This document shows, in pieces, positions 42,824 to 52,869 of a DNA stretch of 64,000 nt. A model generated the notes under the pieces. The model was not told the origin of the DNA. It did no database searches and was given only the letters and a program-made list of their open reading frames with translations. Source of the stretch: an uncultured Gammaproteobacteria bacterium (lineage in GTDB: Bacteria; Pseudomonadota; Gammaproteobacteria; UBA9214); assembly GCA_963773065.1 (NCBI GenBank), contig CAVYZN010000009.1, positions 160,001 through 224,000 of the forward strand. The letters run 5' to 3'. Each line of letters starts with the position of its first letter. Positions within the stretch are counted from its first letter, which is position 1. A program made the position numbers and the translations under genes.

Positions 42824-44503
42824 ATGGCACACAGGCTCAACCGCTACAGTTCCCGTATTACCGAGCCCAAATCACAGGGCGCCTCTCAGGCCATGCTGCA
42901 TGGCACCGGGCTCACCAATGCGGATATGGCCAAGGCGCAGATCGGCATCTCAAGCGTCTGGTATGAGGGCAATACCTGCAACATGCACCTCAATGATCTC
43001 GCGGAGCGGGTGCGCGCCGGCGTACAGGCCGCCGGGCTGATCGGCATGCGCTTCAATACCATCGGAGTCAGTGATGGTATTTCGATGGGTACGGAAGGCA
43101 TGAGCTATTCTCTGCAGTCACGTGACCTGATCGCGGACTCCATTGAAACCGTGATGAGCGCCCAATGGTATGACGCCAATATCTCCATTCCGGGTTGCGA
43201 CAAGAACATGCCCGGCTGCCTGATTGCCATGGGACGACTGAACCGCCCCTCACTCATGGTCTACGGTGGGACCATCAAGCCCGGTCATTACAGGGGCATG
43301 ACCCTGGATATCGTCTCCGCATTCCAGAGTTACGGGGAATATCTCGCCGGCAAGATCACCGAAGAGACACGGCAGGAAATCGTGCATCACGCCTGTCCCG
43401 GGGCCGGGGCCTGCGGCGGCATGTATACCGCCAACACCATGGCCTCGGCCATCGAGGCCATGGGCATGTCGCTGCCCTACAGCTCTTCCACCCCGGCGGT
43501 TGATCCCCGGAAACTCGATGAGTGTTTCAGTGCGGGTGCCGCCATCCGCAAGCTCCTGGAAAATGACATCAAGCCGCGTGACATCATGACGCGCGATGCA
43601 TTTGAGAACGCCATGGTGCTGGTCATCGCGCTGGGTGGTTCGACCAATGCCGTGCTGCATCTGCTGGCCATGGCGCGCGCCGTGGATGTCCCGTTAGACA
43701 TCGATGATTTCCAGCAGGTCAGCGACCGGGTGCCGTTTCTGGCAGACCTCAAACCAAGCGGCCGGTATGTCATGGAGGATTTGCATCGGGCAGGCGGTAC
43801 CCCGGCGGTCATGAAATACCTGCTGGCGCACGGCCTGATCAAGGGTGAGTGCATGACCGTAACCGGCCATACGGTGGCCGAGAACCTCAGGGATCTGCCG
43901 GGTCTGGCCCAGGGGCAGGAGGTTTTTCATGCACTGGATAAGCCGATCAAGAAAACCGGCCACATCCAGATCCTGAAGGGGAATCTGGCGCCCGGCGGTG
44001 CGGTGGCCAAGATCACCGGCAAGGAAGGCATGCGCTTCAGCGGGCCGGCGCGGGTGTTCGATAGCGAGGAGGACATGTTGCGGTCGCTGGAGGAGCGGCG
44101 CATACAGAAAGGGGAGGTGGTGGTCATACGCTACGAAGGCCCGAAAGGCGGGCCGGGCATGCCGGAGATGCTGACACCGACCTCGGCGATCATGGGCGCC
44201 GGGCTTGGCAATGACGTGGCGCTGCTGACGGATGGCCGTTTTTCCGGGGGGTCACACGGCTTCATCATCGGTCATATCGTCCCCGAGGCCCAGGAGGGCG
44301 GACCGATTGCGCTCATCCGGGACGGTGACATTATCACCATTGAAGCCGAGAACCGCACTCTCTCGGTCGATATCAGTGATGCGGAAATGCAACGGCGCCG
44401 CAGGGAGTGGACGATGCCGCCCTACAAGGCGACGCGCGGCACGCTGTACAAGTACATCCGGCTGGTGAAGGATGCCTCGAAGGGCTGTGTCACGGACGAG
44501 TGA
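42824..44503 (+). CDS. ilvD: Dihydroxy-acid dehydratase
   Basis: [41 protein letters not shown]. Confidence 0.97.
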   Translation: MAHRLNRYSSRITEPKSQGASQAMLHGTGLTNADMAKAQIGISSVWYEGNTCNMHLNDLAERVRAGVQAAGLIGMRFNTIGVSDGISMGTEGMSYSLQSRDLIADSIETVMSAQWYDANISIPGCDKNMPGCLIAMGRLNRPSLMVYGGTIKPGHYRGMTLDIVSAFQSYGEYLAGKITEETRQEIVHHACPGAGACGGMYTANTMASAIEAMGMSLPYSSSTPAVDPRKLDECFSAGAAIRKLLENDIKPRDIMTRDAFENAMVLVIALGGSTNAVLHLLAMARAVDVPLDIDDFQQVSDRVPFLADLKPSGRYVMEDLHRAGGTPAVMKYLLAHGLIKGECMTVTGHTVAENLRDLPGLAQGQEVFHALDKPIKKTGHIQILKGNLAPGGAVAKITGKEGMRFSGPARVFDSEEDMLRSLEERRIQKGEVVVIRYEGPKGGPGMPEMLTPTSAIMGAGLGNDVALLTDGRFSGGSHGFIIGHIVPEAQEGGPIALIRDGDIITIEAENRTLSVDISDAEMQRRRREWTMPPYKATRGTLYKYIRLVKDASKGCVTDE

Positions 44504-44541
44504 CTTGCCGGCATGTGCGCGGTAAGAATCTCTTAGCCAGT

Positions 44542-45213
44542 CTAGAACGTATCCCAACTGGATTTCTTGCGCCAGCGAATGCGCGGGATGATGAGGCCCG
44601 CGATGATGCCTAGCAGGACGACGCCGGCGCCGACCATGAACCAGTCGCGCGCGGTGCGGTCCTTGAGGTTTTCATTCTCCTGCTGCAATGTCTGCAGGTT
44701 GCGCTCCAGCGCCACCAGGCGGCTCTTGAGATCCTTGTTCTCGCTGTCGATGGCCAGGGCACTGGAGGCGGTGCGCTTGATCTCGGCTAGTTCCTGACTG
44801 GCTTTCCGGTAGTCAGAGTCCATGGTGCTGCGATCCTTCTCGATGTTGCCTTTTTCCGCGTTGATTGCCTGCATCGTTGTTGCCATCTTGCGGTTCTCAA
44901 GCTCCAGTTCCGCGAGTTTTTTCTCGGCCTCGGTCAACTGGTCCCGGGCAACCGGTCCTTTCATCAGGTAGCGGGTGAGCACCCAGCCTTCCTTGCCTTG
45001 GGCGCGGATCAGGCTGTAGCCGGATTCCTTATCCTGCTCCACCACTTCAACCGGGGTGCCGCTGCGCAGCATGCGCACGATGCTGTGACTGGTGCTTTTG
45101 CCGGTGCGCAGGGTGACCTCGAGCTGATCACTGACGTAATTCGTCTCGGCCAGGACATTACCTGTGACAAGGAAGGTCGAACACACAAGGGTCAGCAGTT
45201 TAATCGCACGCAT
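44542..45213 (-). CDS. SH3-domain coiled-coil membrane protein (YgiM-like)
   Basis: Signal peptide, YVSDQLEVTLRTG, EGWV, coiled coil, C-terminal TM and basic tail. Confidence 0.88.
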   Translation of the reverse strand: MRAIKLLTLVCSTFLVTGNVLAETNYVSDQLEVTLRTGKSTSHSIVRMLRSGTPVEVVEQDKESGYSLIRAQGKEGWVLTRYLMKGPVARDQLTEAEKKLAELELENRKMATTMQAINAEKGNIEKDRSTMDSDYRKASQELAEIKRTASSALAIDSENKDLKSRLVALERNLQTLQQENENLKDRTARDWFMVGAGVVLLGIIAGLIIPRIRWRKKSSWDTF

Positions 45214-45358
45214 TGCTTTTCCATTTACCGGGTAAATTGACATGGTCGGCTATTGTAGCCGAACATGCCGTATCACGGGTAATATCATCCCGGTGCCTGA
45301 AATCCGCTATTTCTCCTTGCAGCCAGATCATGCCGTCCCTGGCTATAGCCCCTGCGCA

Positions 45359-45703
45359 ATGGATACTATCGCGATACTGGACCAGTTTGATTTTCATGAC
45401 CGGATTGGGCGAACGCATGGCCCGGCGTTGGTGCTGTTCCATACGCCGGGATGCGCATCGTGCCGGTACTGGAAGCAGTTGCTTTCCAACTACGCGAGAA
45501 TGCATGGCGAGCTAACCCTCTATCAGGTCGATGTCCAGCGGGACATGGCCCTGGTGCATGAATTCGGGTTTTACCACTTGCCGGCCCTGTACCTTTTTCT
45601 GGATGGGCGGTTTCATTGCGAGTTGCAATCCGAAGCCCGTATGGAGCATTTTCATAGGGCACTGAACGATGCGCTCCATGCGCCTGCGCAGGAGGCCCCA
45701 TGA
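45359..45703 (+). CDS. Thioredoxin-like protein
   Basis: LVLFHTPGCASCRYW; stop overlaps the ampD start (ATGA). Confidence 0.8.
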   Translation: MDTIAILDQFDFHDRIGRTHGPALVLFHTPGCASCRYWKQLLSNYARMHGELTLYQVDVQRDMALVHEFGFYHLPALYLFLDGRFHCELQSEARMEHFHRALNDALHAPAQEAP

Positions 45704-46260
45704 AGATCGATGCGAGCGGAAACTGGCTGCTTGACGCCCGGCATGTGCCTACTCCCAATTGTGATGAGCGGCCCGACGGCGACGATATTTCCCTGATAGT
45801 CATTCATGGTATCAGCCTGCCTCCGGGGGAGTACGGCGGGGAGTGGATCGATGACCTGTTCACCAATCGGCTGGATCCAACTGCGCACCCATATTTTGCC
45901 GGGATCGCGCATTTGCGGGTCTCCAGTCACCTGCTGATCAGGCGTAATGGCGAAGTGGTGCAATATGTCCCCTTCCGGAAACGCGCCTGGCATGCGGGCG
46001 AATCCTGCTATCAAGGGCGCAACTGCTGTAATGACTATTCCATCGGGATCGAGTTGGAAGGACAGGATGACGTACCCTATACGACGGAACAATATGACCA
46101 GCTCGCCGGGATCATCCAGGCACTCGTGCGGGCATTCCCCGGCGTGACGATCGACCGTATCAGCGGGCATAGCGATATCGCGCCCGACCGCAAGACCGAC
46201 CCGGGCGCGGCGTTTGACTGGCGGGCCCTGAATGCGCGACTCGCGGCGACGCCAACCTGA
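45700..46260 (+). CDS. ampD: 1,6-anhydro-N-acetylmuramyl-L-alanine amidase
   Basis: VIHGISLPPG, VSSHLLI, RAWHAG, SIGIELEG, HSDIAPDRKTDPG. Confidence 0.96.
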   Translation: MKIDASGNWLLDARHVPTPNCDERPDGDDISLIVIHGISLPPGEYGGEWIDDLFTNRLDPTAHPYFAGIAHLRVSSHLLIRRNGEVVQYVPFRKRAWHAGESCYQGRNCCNDYSIGIELEGQDDVPYTTEQYDQLAGIIQALVRAFPGVTIDRISGHSDIAPDRKTDPGAAFDWRALNARLAATPT

Positions 46261-46263
46261 AGG

Positions 46264-46878
46264 GTGGATGCGTTGAGCACAGGGCTGAGCCGAGAAACAC
46301 AGATCGACCTGCTGCGCCATGGCGAGCCGGTTGGCGGACCGCGTTACCGCGGCCAGATCGATGATGCCCTGAGCGAGAAAGGCTGGCAGCAGATGTGGCG
46401 GACGGTGGAAGGCAGATCGGAGTGGCAGCAGATCGTGACCTCGCCGCTGCGCCGCTGCAGCACTTTCGCCGCGGCGCTCGGCGAACGCCTGCGGCTGCCC
46501 GTGCATGAGGAACCGCGCTTCAGGGAGGTCGGTTTTGGTGTATGGGAAGGCCGGAGCCGCACCGAGCTGGAACGGCTCATCCCGGGACAGGTCGCCCGGT
46601 TTCTCCAGGACCCGGTCAACAGCCGCCCTCCGGGGGCGGAACCGCTGGCTGAATTCACCGGCCGGGTCCAGGCCGGTTTCGTCGACCTGCTGAGCAGGTT
46701 TGCCGGGCAATCCGTGCTGGTCGTGGCCCATGCGGGTGTGATCCGCGCCATCATGGTCTATGTACTGGAAGTGCCGCCGGCAAGGATGTATCGCATCCAT
46801 GTCGCCAATGCCGGTCTGAGCCGGATACGTACCGACAGGGACCGTCAATTCTACCTGGTCGATCATGGCCTGGTGTGA
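46264..46878 (+). CDS. Histidine phosphatase (CobC/alpha-ribazole phosphatase-like)
   Basis: LLRHGE, TSPLRRC, EVGFGVWEG, VAHAGVIR; near B12 genes. Confidence 0.8.
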   Translation: MDALSTGLSRETQIDLLRHGEPVGGPRYRGQIDDALSEKGWQQMWRTVEGRSEWQQIVTSPLRRCSTFAAALGERLRLPVHEEPRFREVGFGVWEGRSRTELERLIPGQVARFLQDPVNSRPPGAEPLAEFTGRVQAGFVDLLSRFAGQSVLVVAHAGVIRAIMVYVLEVPPARMYRIHVANAGLSRIRTDRDRQFYLVDHGLV

Positions 46879-46883
46879 GGAGC

Positions 46884-47789
46884 ATGCGTATCGGGATCGA
46901 CCTTGGCGGGACAAAGATAGCAGGCATCCTCCTCGCGGCCGATGGCCGTGAACTGACCCGCCAGCGCGTACCTACCCCGGGCGGCGATTACCGGGAGACG
47001 CTGTTCGCGGTGCGTGACCTTGTGGTCCAGCTCGAGTCCCGGGCGGGTGAGCCGTGTTCGGTTGGCATCGGCATGCCGGGGTCCGTATCGCGCGCCACCG
47101 GACTGGTCAAGAACTCCAATTCCACCTGTCTGAACAAGCAGCCGTTGCACCGCGATCTCAAGGCCATGCTGGGACGTTCGCTGCGCTTTGCCAATGACGC
47201 CGATTGCTTTGCCCTGTCGGAGGCCAGGGATGGCGCCGCCGCGGGTGCCTCGGTGGTGTTCGGTGTGATCGTCGGTACCGGTACGGGGGGTGGCATCGTC
47301 GTCAACGGGCGATTGCTGACCGGGCCGAACGGCATCGCCGGTGAATGGGGACATAACCCCTTGCCCTGGCCGCGGCCCGATGAACTGCCCGGTCCCGCGT
47401 GTTATTGCGGCCTCAGTGGTTGTATCGAGACCTGGCTGTCAGGTCCGGGACTGGCGCGTGATCATCGGCAGATCTGCGGTGAGACACTCGAGACCGTTGA
47501 AATCAGCCGGCGCGCGCACGCCGGCAACGGTTCCGCTCGGCAGACACTGGATCGCTACCACGACCGGATGGCGCGGGCCTTGGCCAGCGTGATCAACATT
47601 ATCGACCCGGAGGTGATCGTGCTCGGTGGCGGGGTCTCCAATATGGCCTCGCTGTATGACGAAGTGCCACAACGCTGGGGGCGCTATGTCTTTTCGGATC
47701 GTGTGGACACGAAACTGGTGCGCGCCGTGCACGGCGATTCCAGCGGGGTACGCGGCGCGGCGTGGTTATGGCCGGACGGGTGGGGCTGA
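46884..47789 (+). CDS. ROK-family sugar kinase (Mak/fructokinase-like)
   Basis: GIDLGGTK, NDADCFALSE, GTGTGGG, GEWGH, CYCG. Confidence 0.9.
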   Translation: MRIGIDLGGTKIAGILLAADGRELTRQRVPTPGGDYRETLFAVRDLVVQLESRAGEPCSVGIGMPGSVSRATGLVKNSNSTCLNKQPLHRDLKAMLGRSLRFANDADCFALSEARDGAAAGASVVFGVIVGTGTGGGIVVNGRLLTGPNGIAGEWGHNPLPWPRPDELPGPACYCGLSGCIETWLSGPGLARDHRQICGETLETVEISRRAHAGNGSARQTLDRYHDRMARALASVINIIDPEVIVLGGGVSNMASLYDEVPQRWGRYVFSDRVDTKLVRAVHGDSSGVRGAAWLWPDGWG

Positions 47790-47902
47790 ATTTGATCCAT
47801 TGCGCCCGGTATCGATGCCGGTACTCTTGTCGCTAGCCCGGGTGTTCCATCTGTTGATCATCGAGTGATGGGTAAGCAGCGATAATCAGCCGCCGTATCG
47901 GC

Positions 47903-48841
47903 TTGGTCAGGGTGCCAGTGTATATGGGTTTATTCTATGGAAGGTTTTTGCAATTAACCGGCGCTATCCTGGCGTGGATGCTGCTGCACGAGCCGGCGTG
48001 GCCGGCCATCCATGTCACCGATGATGCCGGTCAGCGGGTCACCCTGGTCAGCCCCGCGCGGCGGATAGTCAGTCTGGCGCCGCATATCACCGAACTCCTG
48101 TTTGCCGTGGGCGCGGGCGAAACGCTGGTCGGGGCGTCCGAGTTCAGTGATTATCCCGAAGCGGCCCGCGCGATTCCGCGTGTCGGCGGCGGCAGCGGTC
48201 TGGATCTCGAGGCTATCCTCGCGTTGCAGCCGGACCTGGTGATTGCCTGGGAGAGTGGCAATCCGGCCGGCCAGGTGAGGCGCCTGCAGCAACTCGGCCT
48301 GCCGGTGTTCTTCTCGGAGCCGCGCCGCCTGCAGGATATCAGCTCCAGCCTGGAGAGGTTCGGGCGGCTGACAGGCCGGCTGGAAGCGGCGCGTGTCCAG
48401 GTCCGCGCCTTCGCGCACCGTTTGGAAGATCTGCGCTTGCGCTATTCCGGAGGGGATGAAGTCACGGTGTTCTACCAGATCTGGGAGCGCCCGCTCATGA
48501 CGGTGAACGGGCGGCATCTCGTCAGTGACGTGATTCGCCTGTGTGGTGGCCGCAACGTATTTGCCGAGCTGCCGACGCTCGCGCCGCAAATCGATATCGA
48601 AGCGGTGCTGACGGCCAATCCGGATGTGGTCGTGGTGGGGGATGCCGCCGGAGAACCCGCCGCATCGCTTGCGGCATGGCGACGCTGGCCCGAGTTGAAT
48701 GCCGTGAAGCAACAGCACCTGTATTCGATTCAGCGCGAACTGCTGGTACGTCCTACTCCACGCCTACTGGACGGCGCCGAGCAACTTTGCCGGCTGCTGG
48801 AGGGCGTACGCGAGACACGCACGCAGCCCGGTAATCGGTGA
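47903..48841 (+). CDS. btuF: Cobalamin-binding periplasmic protein (start uncertain)
   Basis: RIVSLAPHITELLFAVGAG, SDYPEAA, LCGGRNVF, RPTPR. Confidence 0.85.
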   Translation: MVRVPVYMGLFYGRFLQLTGAILAWMLLHEPAWPAIHVTDDAGQRVTLVSPARRIVSLAPHITELLFAVGAGETLVGASEFSDYPEAARAIPRVGGGSGLDLEAILALQPDLVIAWESGNPAGQVRRLQQLGLPVFFSEPRRLQDISSSLERFGRLTGRLEAARVQVRAFAHRLEDLRLRYSGGDEVTVFYQIWERPLMTVNGRHLVSDVIRLCGGRNVFAELPTLAPQIDIEAVLTANPDVVVVGDAAGEPAASLAAWRRWPELNAVKQQHLYSIQRELLVRPTPRLLDGAEQLCRLLEGVRETRTQPGNR

Positions 48842-48888
48842 TGGTGCGCTCATGCAATGATTCCCGTGTGCTGGATTCCTCAGTAGAT

Positions 48889-49130
48889 CGCCACGGAAAC
48901 CACGGAAGAACACGGAAAAATGACAAAGTAATAAGTAATAAGTGAGAAGTTAGAAGTGATAAACCCGCTCAGGCGCTGGTGCATGTCTGGATAGTAGCAC
49001 CTTGAAGGGCATAAACGGCCTTAGCCTGGATTGCGAGGTATTGAAATGCAATATTCATTCGCGAACGAATTCGCGCCTACAGGTGTTCTAAATCAATAAA
49101 TTTCTCTGCGTCCTTTGCGTCTCTGCGGTG
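48889..49130. repeat. Nonamer/heptamer cassette in reverse orientation, a REP and CTTTGCG repeats
   Basis: GCCACGGAAACCACGGAAGAACACGGAA, AAGT(A/G)A heptamers, CCCGCTCAGGCGCTGGTGCATG core, TTCGCGAACGAATTCGCGCCTAC, CTCTGCGTCCTTTGCGTCTCTGCGGTG. Confidence 0.85.
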
Positions 49131-49137
49131 ATTCCCA

Positions 49138-49695
49138 TTATTTCCGTTCGTGCCGCCAGAACACGTCCGTCTTGCCCGCCTGCTTGTTCAGTTGGCGTGC
49201 CATGACGAACAGCAGGTCGGACAGCCGGTTGAGATACATGATACCCGCCGGGTTGACGTCATCGGCTCTGGCCAGGCTGACCAGCCGGCGTTCGGCACGG
49301 CGACAGATGGCGCGCGCGAGATGACAGGCCGAGGCAGCCGGACTGCCGCCGGGCAGGATGAACTCCCTGAGCGCAGGCAGATCCACGTTCAGCTCATCGA
49401 GTGCGGCTTCGAGTTCCCCGGCCCGCTCGGCGCGGACCAAGTAGGGTTTTGTGTGTCCCGGCAAGCAGAGTTCGCCGCCGAGATCAAACAGCGTATGCTG
49501 CACCCCGGCCAGCCGTTTTCCCATGTCACCGGACAGCTCGTGGCTGAGCACCAGGCCCAGTGCGCTGTTGAGTTCGTCGATGGCGCCGATGGCCTCGATG
49601 CGCGGGTCATCCTTGTCGATACGTGAGCCATCGCCCAGGCCGGTGGTGCCCTTGTCACCCGTGCGTGTATAAATCTTCGTCAGTCGGTTTCCCAT
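49138..49695 (-). CDS. PduO-type ATP:cob(I)alamin adenosyltransferase
   Basis: KIYTRTGDKGTT, DELNS, FILPGG, RRAER, YLNRLSDLLF. Confidence 0.95.
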   Translation of the reverse strand: MGNRLTKIYTRTGDKGTTGLGDGSRIDKDDPRIEAIGAIDELNSALGLVLSHELSGDMGKRLAGVQHTLFDLGGELCLPGHTKPYLVRAERAGELEAALDELNVDLPALREFILPGGSPAASACHLARAICRRAERRLVSLARADDVNPAGIMYLNRLSDLLFVMARQLNKQAGKTDVFWRHERK

Positions 49696-50380
49696 TCAGC
49701 CCCCTATCAGACGGTATTCCACCGGGATGATGATATCGATAGCCCGTCCCTTCATCCATTGTTCGGCATCCGGCACGCTGGCGAGTTGCAAGGATTGCAG
49801 CGCCGCCCGGTCGAGCACCGGGTAACCGGATGTCTCCTCGACGCGCAGCCTGGAGATCCGTCCATCCGACTCGATATGCACTTCCAGTTTGACGATACCC
49901 TGCCAGCCCTTGTGGCGCGCCAGGACGGGATAGTCGAGGCGGCCGGTGACCAGTTCCAGAATGCGTTTCCTGAGATGTTGCTCGGCGGTCTGCTGTAGTG
50001 TGTCCGTGCTGCCGGATGCTGGCGCGGCTTGCCCAGGGTCTTCCGCAACTCCCGGATGCGGTGCATCAACAGTCTGCCCCTCGCCGGATCCCGGCGGCTG
50101 CCTGTCCAAAAGCCGCATGAGCGGTTTTCCGGCGGGCTTGGCGGGTGTTGGCTGGTCAGTCCTGCGCGGCGGTTCCCGCTGCGCGCGGGAAATACCGGCG
50201 GGCCTGGCAACAGGGGATGCAGCGCCGGTTTCGACCGCGCGCTGCGTCATGGAAACCTGCAGTATCTCTCCTGCGGGACCGAGGCTGGGTCACCGCTCGA
50301 TTGCCCACCAGCAGGGCGGCGGCATGGATAGCCACGGACAGGGCGAAGAACCACGCGATGCGGTTATCCTGCGCGCTCAT
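49696..50380 (-). CDS. TonB-family energy transducer (frameshift near 50280)
   Basis: N-terminal TM with SxxxH (LSVAIHAA); C-terminal YPVLARHKGWQG...TSGYPVLDRAAL. Confidence 0.85.
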
Positions 50381-52437
50381 GGGCCGAATTCTTTTGAAAC
50401 CGTGAAGAGCAGGGTGCGCTCCGGCAGCGGGTAGGCATTGTACACACCGGGCGTGGTGGTGCTGCTGGCGCCGTAGTCATAGGCCTTTTCCGCAAACAGG
50501 TTGCCGACCTTCGCGGCAAACCGGTAGCTTTGGTACAGATGGCTCGCCTGCAGGTCCACGGTGGCATAAGAAGGTATCTTCCTGCCGAAGTCATTGGCCT
50601 GGTCGTTGTCGAAATACTTGTCCCCGGTATAACTGATGGAGGCCGTGTAACGTGTCGCCGGTGACCATTTCCACGTCGCCGTCGCACTTGCCGTGTTGCG
50701 GGGCACCAGCGGTACCGTGTTGCCTTGATACGGGCCGTCACGGAATTCCGAGCGCATATAGCAGTAACTCGCCTGGAGCTCGAACGGCTCGCGCACCGCC
50801 AGACGAGTACTCAATTCGATCCCGTAGCGTTGCGTCGGGTCCAGGTTGATGTTGGAAAACGTCGCGGGATCGAAGTGGATCTCGTTCTTAAGGCGCAGGT
50901 AATAGGCGTTGGCCTGCCATGACAGACTGCCCTGGTCGTAGCGGGTGCCGATATCGACGCCGTTGCCGGTCTGCGGATCGAGCGCCGAGAAAACCTGCAG
51001 GAAGGTCGTCGGGTCGACCTGGAACAGCTCATCCACCGTGGCGACACGGGCACTGCGCGTGGCCTTGATATAGACCGCCGTTTGCGGATTGAGCTGTTTT
51101 TCCACCCCGGCCTCCAGCATTTCGACCCGCTCGGTCTGGTCAAAATCCGGCGCCTCGCTGGCAAAACCGCCGCCGGGGGCGGTCGTATCCACCCGGTCGC
51201 TAGCCTCGACCCTGACCCACTGCAGGCGAGCACCCAGATTCACGCTGGTATCCTCGGTGGGCGACAGCGTGGTGTCGAGATACAGACCGCCGGATTTTTG
51301 TTCAATGCCGATGCGGTGTATCGGCTGGTTGCGGGTGTCCGGGTTGAGCGAACGGTCGGAGTCATAACGGCTGTCGTAGTAATCGATGCCGGTGGTGGTC
51401 CGGGCCCGGGCGGTGAACAGTTCATGGGGTATGACGAGACGCGGCGTGAAGGACCACGTTTTCAGCTCGGAGTCGAGATAGTTCGCGAAAGCGCCGCCGA
51501 AGTCATAGTCGTCGAAGAACGCCTTCTGGTTCTTCTCGCGGTAGCCGGCATCGACGACGGCCTCCGCGCCGTTCTCCCACAAGTGGGTAAAACCCAGTGT
51601 GGTGTTATAGCCCCGCTGGTCCGCGTAATCATTCGGGGTATTGGTGCCCTTGCGGTCGTCACGGAGCTGATCCACGCCGGTGGTCGGATCCACGCGGCGT
51701 GTGCCGGGCAGTCCGAGGTCCTGGTCGTCCCAGTAGAATCTCAGGTAGGCCTCGCCGTCCTCGCGCGCATAACGGAGGTCCGATTGCAGATTGCGCTGGT
51801 CGAGATTGTTGTTGTCGCGATAGCCGTCACTGCTGATGCCGTGGGCATCGAGCAAGACCGCCACCGGGCCTGCGTTGTGATTGAGATGTGCATCCAGTTG
51901 CCGGGTATCCAGGTTGCCGCCGCCGGCCTCGATGGAGGCGGAACTGCCGCTCGTGTCCGGCTGCCGGGTGATGATGTTGATGGTCCCGCCCACGGCGCCA
52001 TCGCCATAGAGCACGGACCCGCCGTTGCGCAGGATCTCGATGCGTTCGATGCTCTTTAGCGGGATGGCGCCGTAATCAACCGCGGAAAGGTCGATGTCAT
52101 TGAGGCGCCGGCCATCGAGCAGTATCAGCGTGTTCTGGGTGGACGCCGCGCCGAAGCCGCGGATGTCGATGGTCGCGCGGGCGGCGTTGTTGCCGTAGAG
52201 GCTGCGGGTGAGGATGCCGGCTTCCCTCCCCAGCAGTTCGGGGAGCGTCCGAGCCGTGCTGTTCTCGATGTCCGCGGCGCTGATGACCGTGACATGTCCG
52301 AGCGCCTTGCTGTCTTCGCTGTCCAGGCGCGTGGCCGTCACCAGGATGTTTTCGGACTGTGCGGTAATGGGTGTCTGGCCGCATACCGGCATGACGGCCA
52401 GCAGGATCGGCATTAGGACAGCGTGGCGGGGTTTCAT
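50377..52437 (-). CDS. TonB-dependent receptor, BtuB-like
   Basis: TonB box ENILVTATR, plug IDIRGFG/IERIEIL/YGDGAVGG; directly downstream of a B12 riboswitch. Confidence 0.88.
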   Translation of the reverse strand: MKPRHAVLMPILLAVMPVCGQTPITAQSENILVTATRLDSEDSKALGHVTVISAADIENSTARTLPELLGREAGILTRSLYGNNAARATIDIRGFGAASTQNTLILLDGRRLNDIDLSAVDYGAIPLKSIERIEILRNGGSVLYGDGAVGGTINIITRQPDTSGSSASIEAGGGNLDTRQLDAHLNHNAGPVAVLLDAHGISSDGYRDNNNLDQRNLQSDLRYAREDGEAYLRFYWDDQDLGLPGTRRVDPTTGVDQLRDDRKGTNTPNDYADQRGYNTTLGFTHLWENGAEAVVDAGYREKNQKAFFDDYDFGGAFANYLDSELKTWSFTPRLVIPHELFTARARTTTGIDYYDSRYDSDRSLNPDTRNQPIHRIGIEQKSGGLYLDTTLSPTEDTSVNLGARLQWVRVEASDRVDTTAPGGGFASEAPDFDQTERVEMLEAGVEKQLNPQTAVYIKATRSARVATVDELFQVDPTTFLQVFSALDPQTGNGVDIGTRYDQGSLSWQANAYYLRLKNEIHFDPATFSNINLDPTQRYGIELSTRLAVREPFELQASYCYMRSEFRDGPYQGNTVPLVPRNTASATATWKWSPATRYTASISYTGDKYFDNDQANDFGRKIPSYATVDLQASHLYQSYRFAAKVGNLFAEKAYDYGASSTTTPGVYNAYPLPERTLLFTVSKEFGP

Positions 52438-52555
52438 TCCATTCTCCCGGTACGCGACACACACCCGTGCCGCCGGCTTGTGTTGCAAAGGGAGAATGAC
52501 AGTGAGCAAGGGGTCGCGCTGTCAGTATTGCCCTCCGCAATACACCTGCAAGGCA

Positions 52556-52750
52556 TCAGGCCGGTCTCCGGGCTTGCGAGCGGGTCGATAAACCCGGGTG
52601 AATCACCTTCCCGCGCCGTGCGCAGTGGTGTGTTGATTCACCTTGTCTCGCTTACCGTTGCGGGGGCAGCGCCGGCTTAGTCAGAACTGGCTGACGCACC
52701 GGCTTCCCGTTTCATCCCTCGGACGAATGTCCTCGGGACACCTGAAGCTA
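52556..52750 (-). ncRNA. Cobalamin riboswitch
   Basis: Minus strand AGGTG...GAAACGGGAAGCCGGTG...GCCGGCGCTGCCCCCGCAACGGTAA...CCACTG...GGGAAGG...AGCCCGGAGACCGGCCTG (B12 box). Confidence 0.93.
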
Positions 52751-52869
52751 AGTGGCAGTGACTTTAATGTCAGTCCTGCGGGGTGTCAAGGCGGAAGCGG
52801 TTCCGGTCATTCGCCGCACCCGCGCGGCCCTTCAACAAATATACGCACGACTATCCCCCAGGCTAATGT

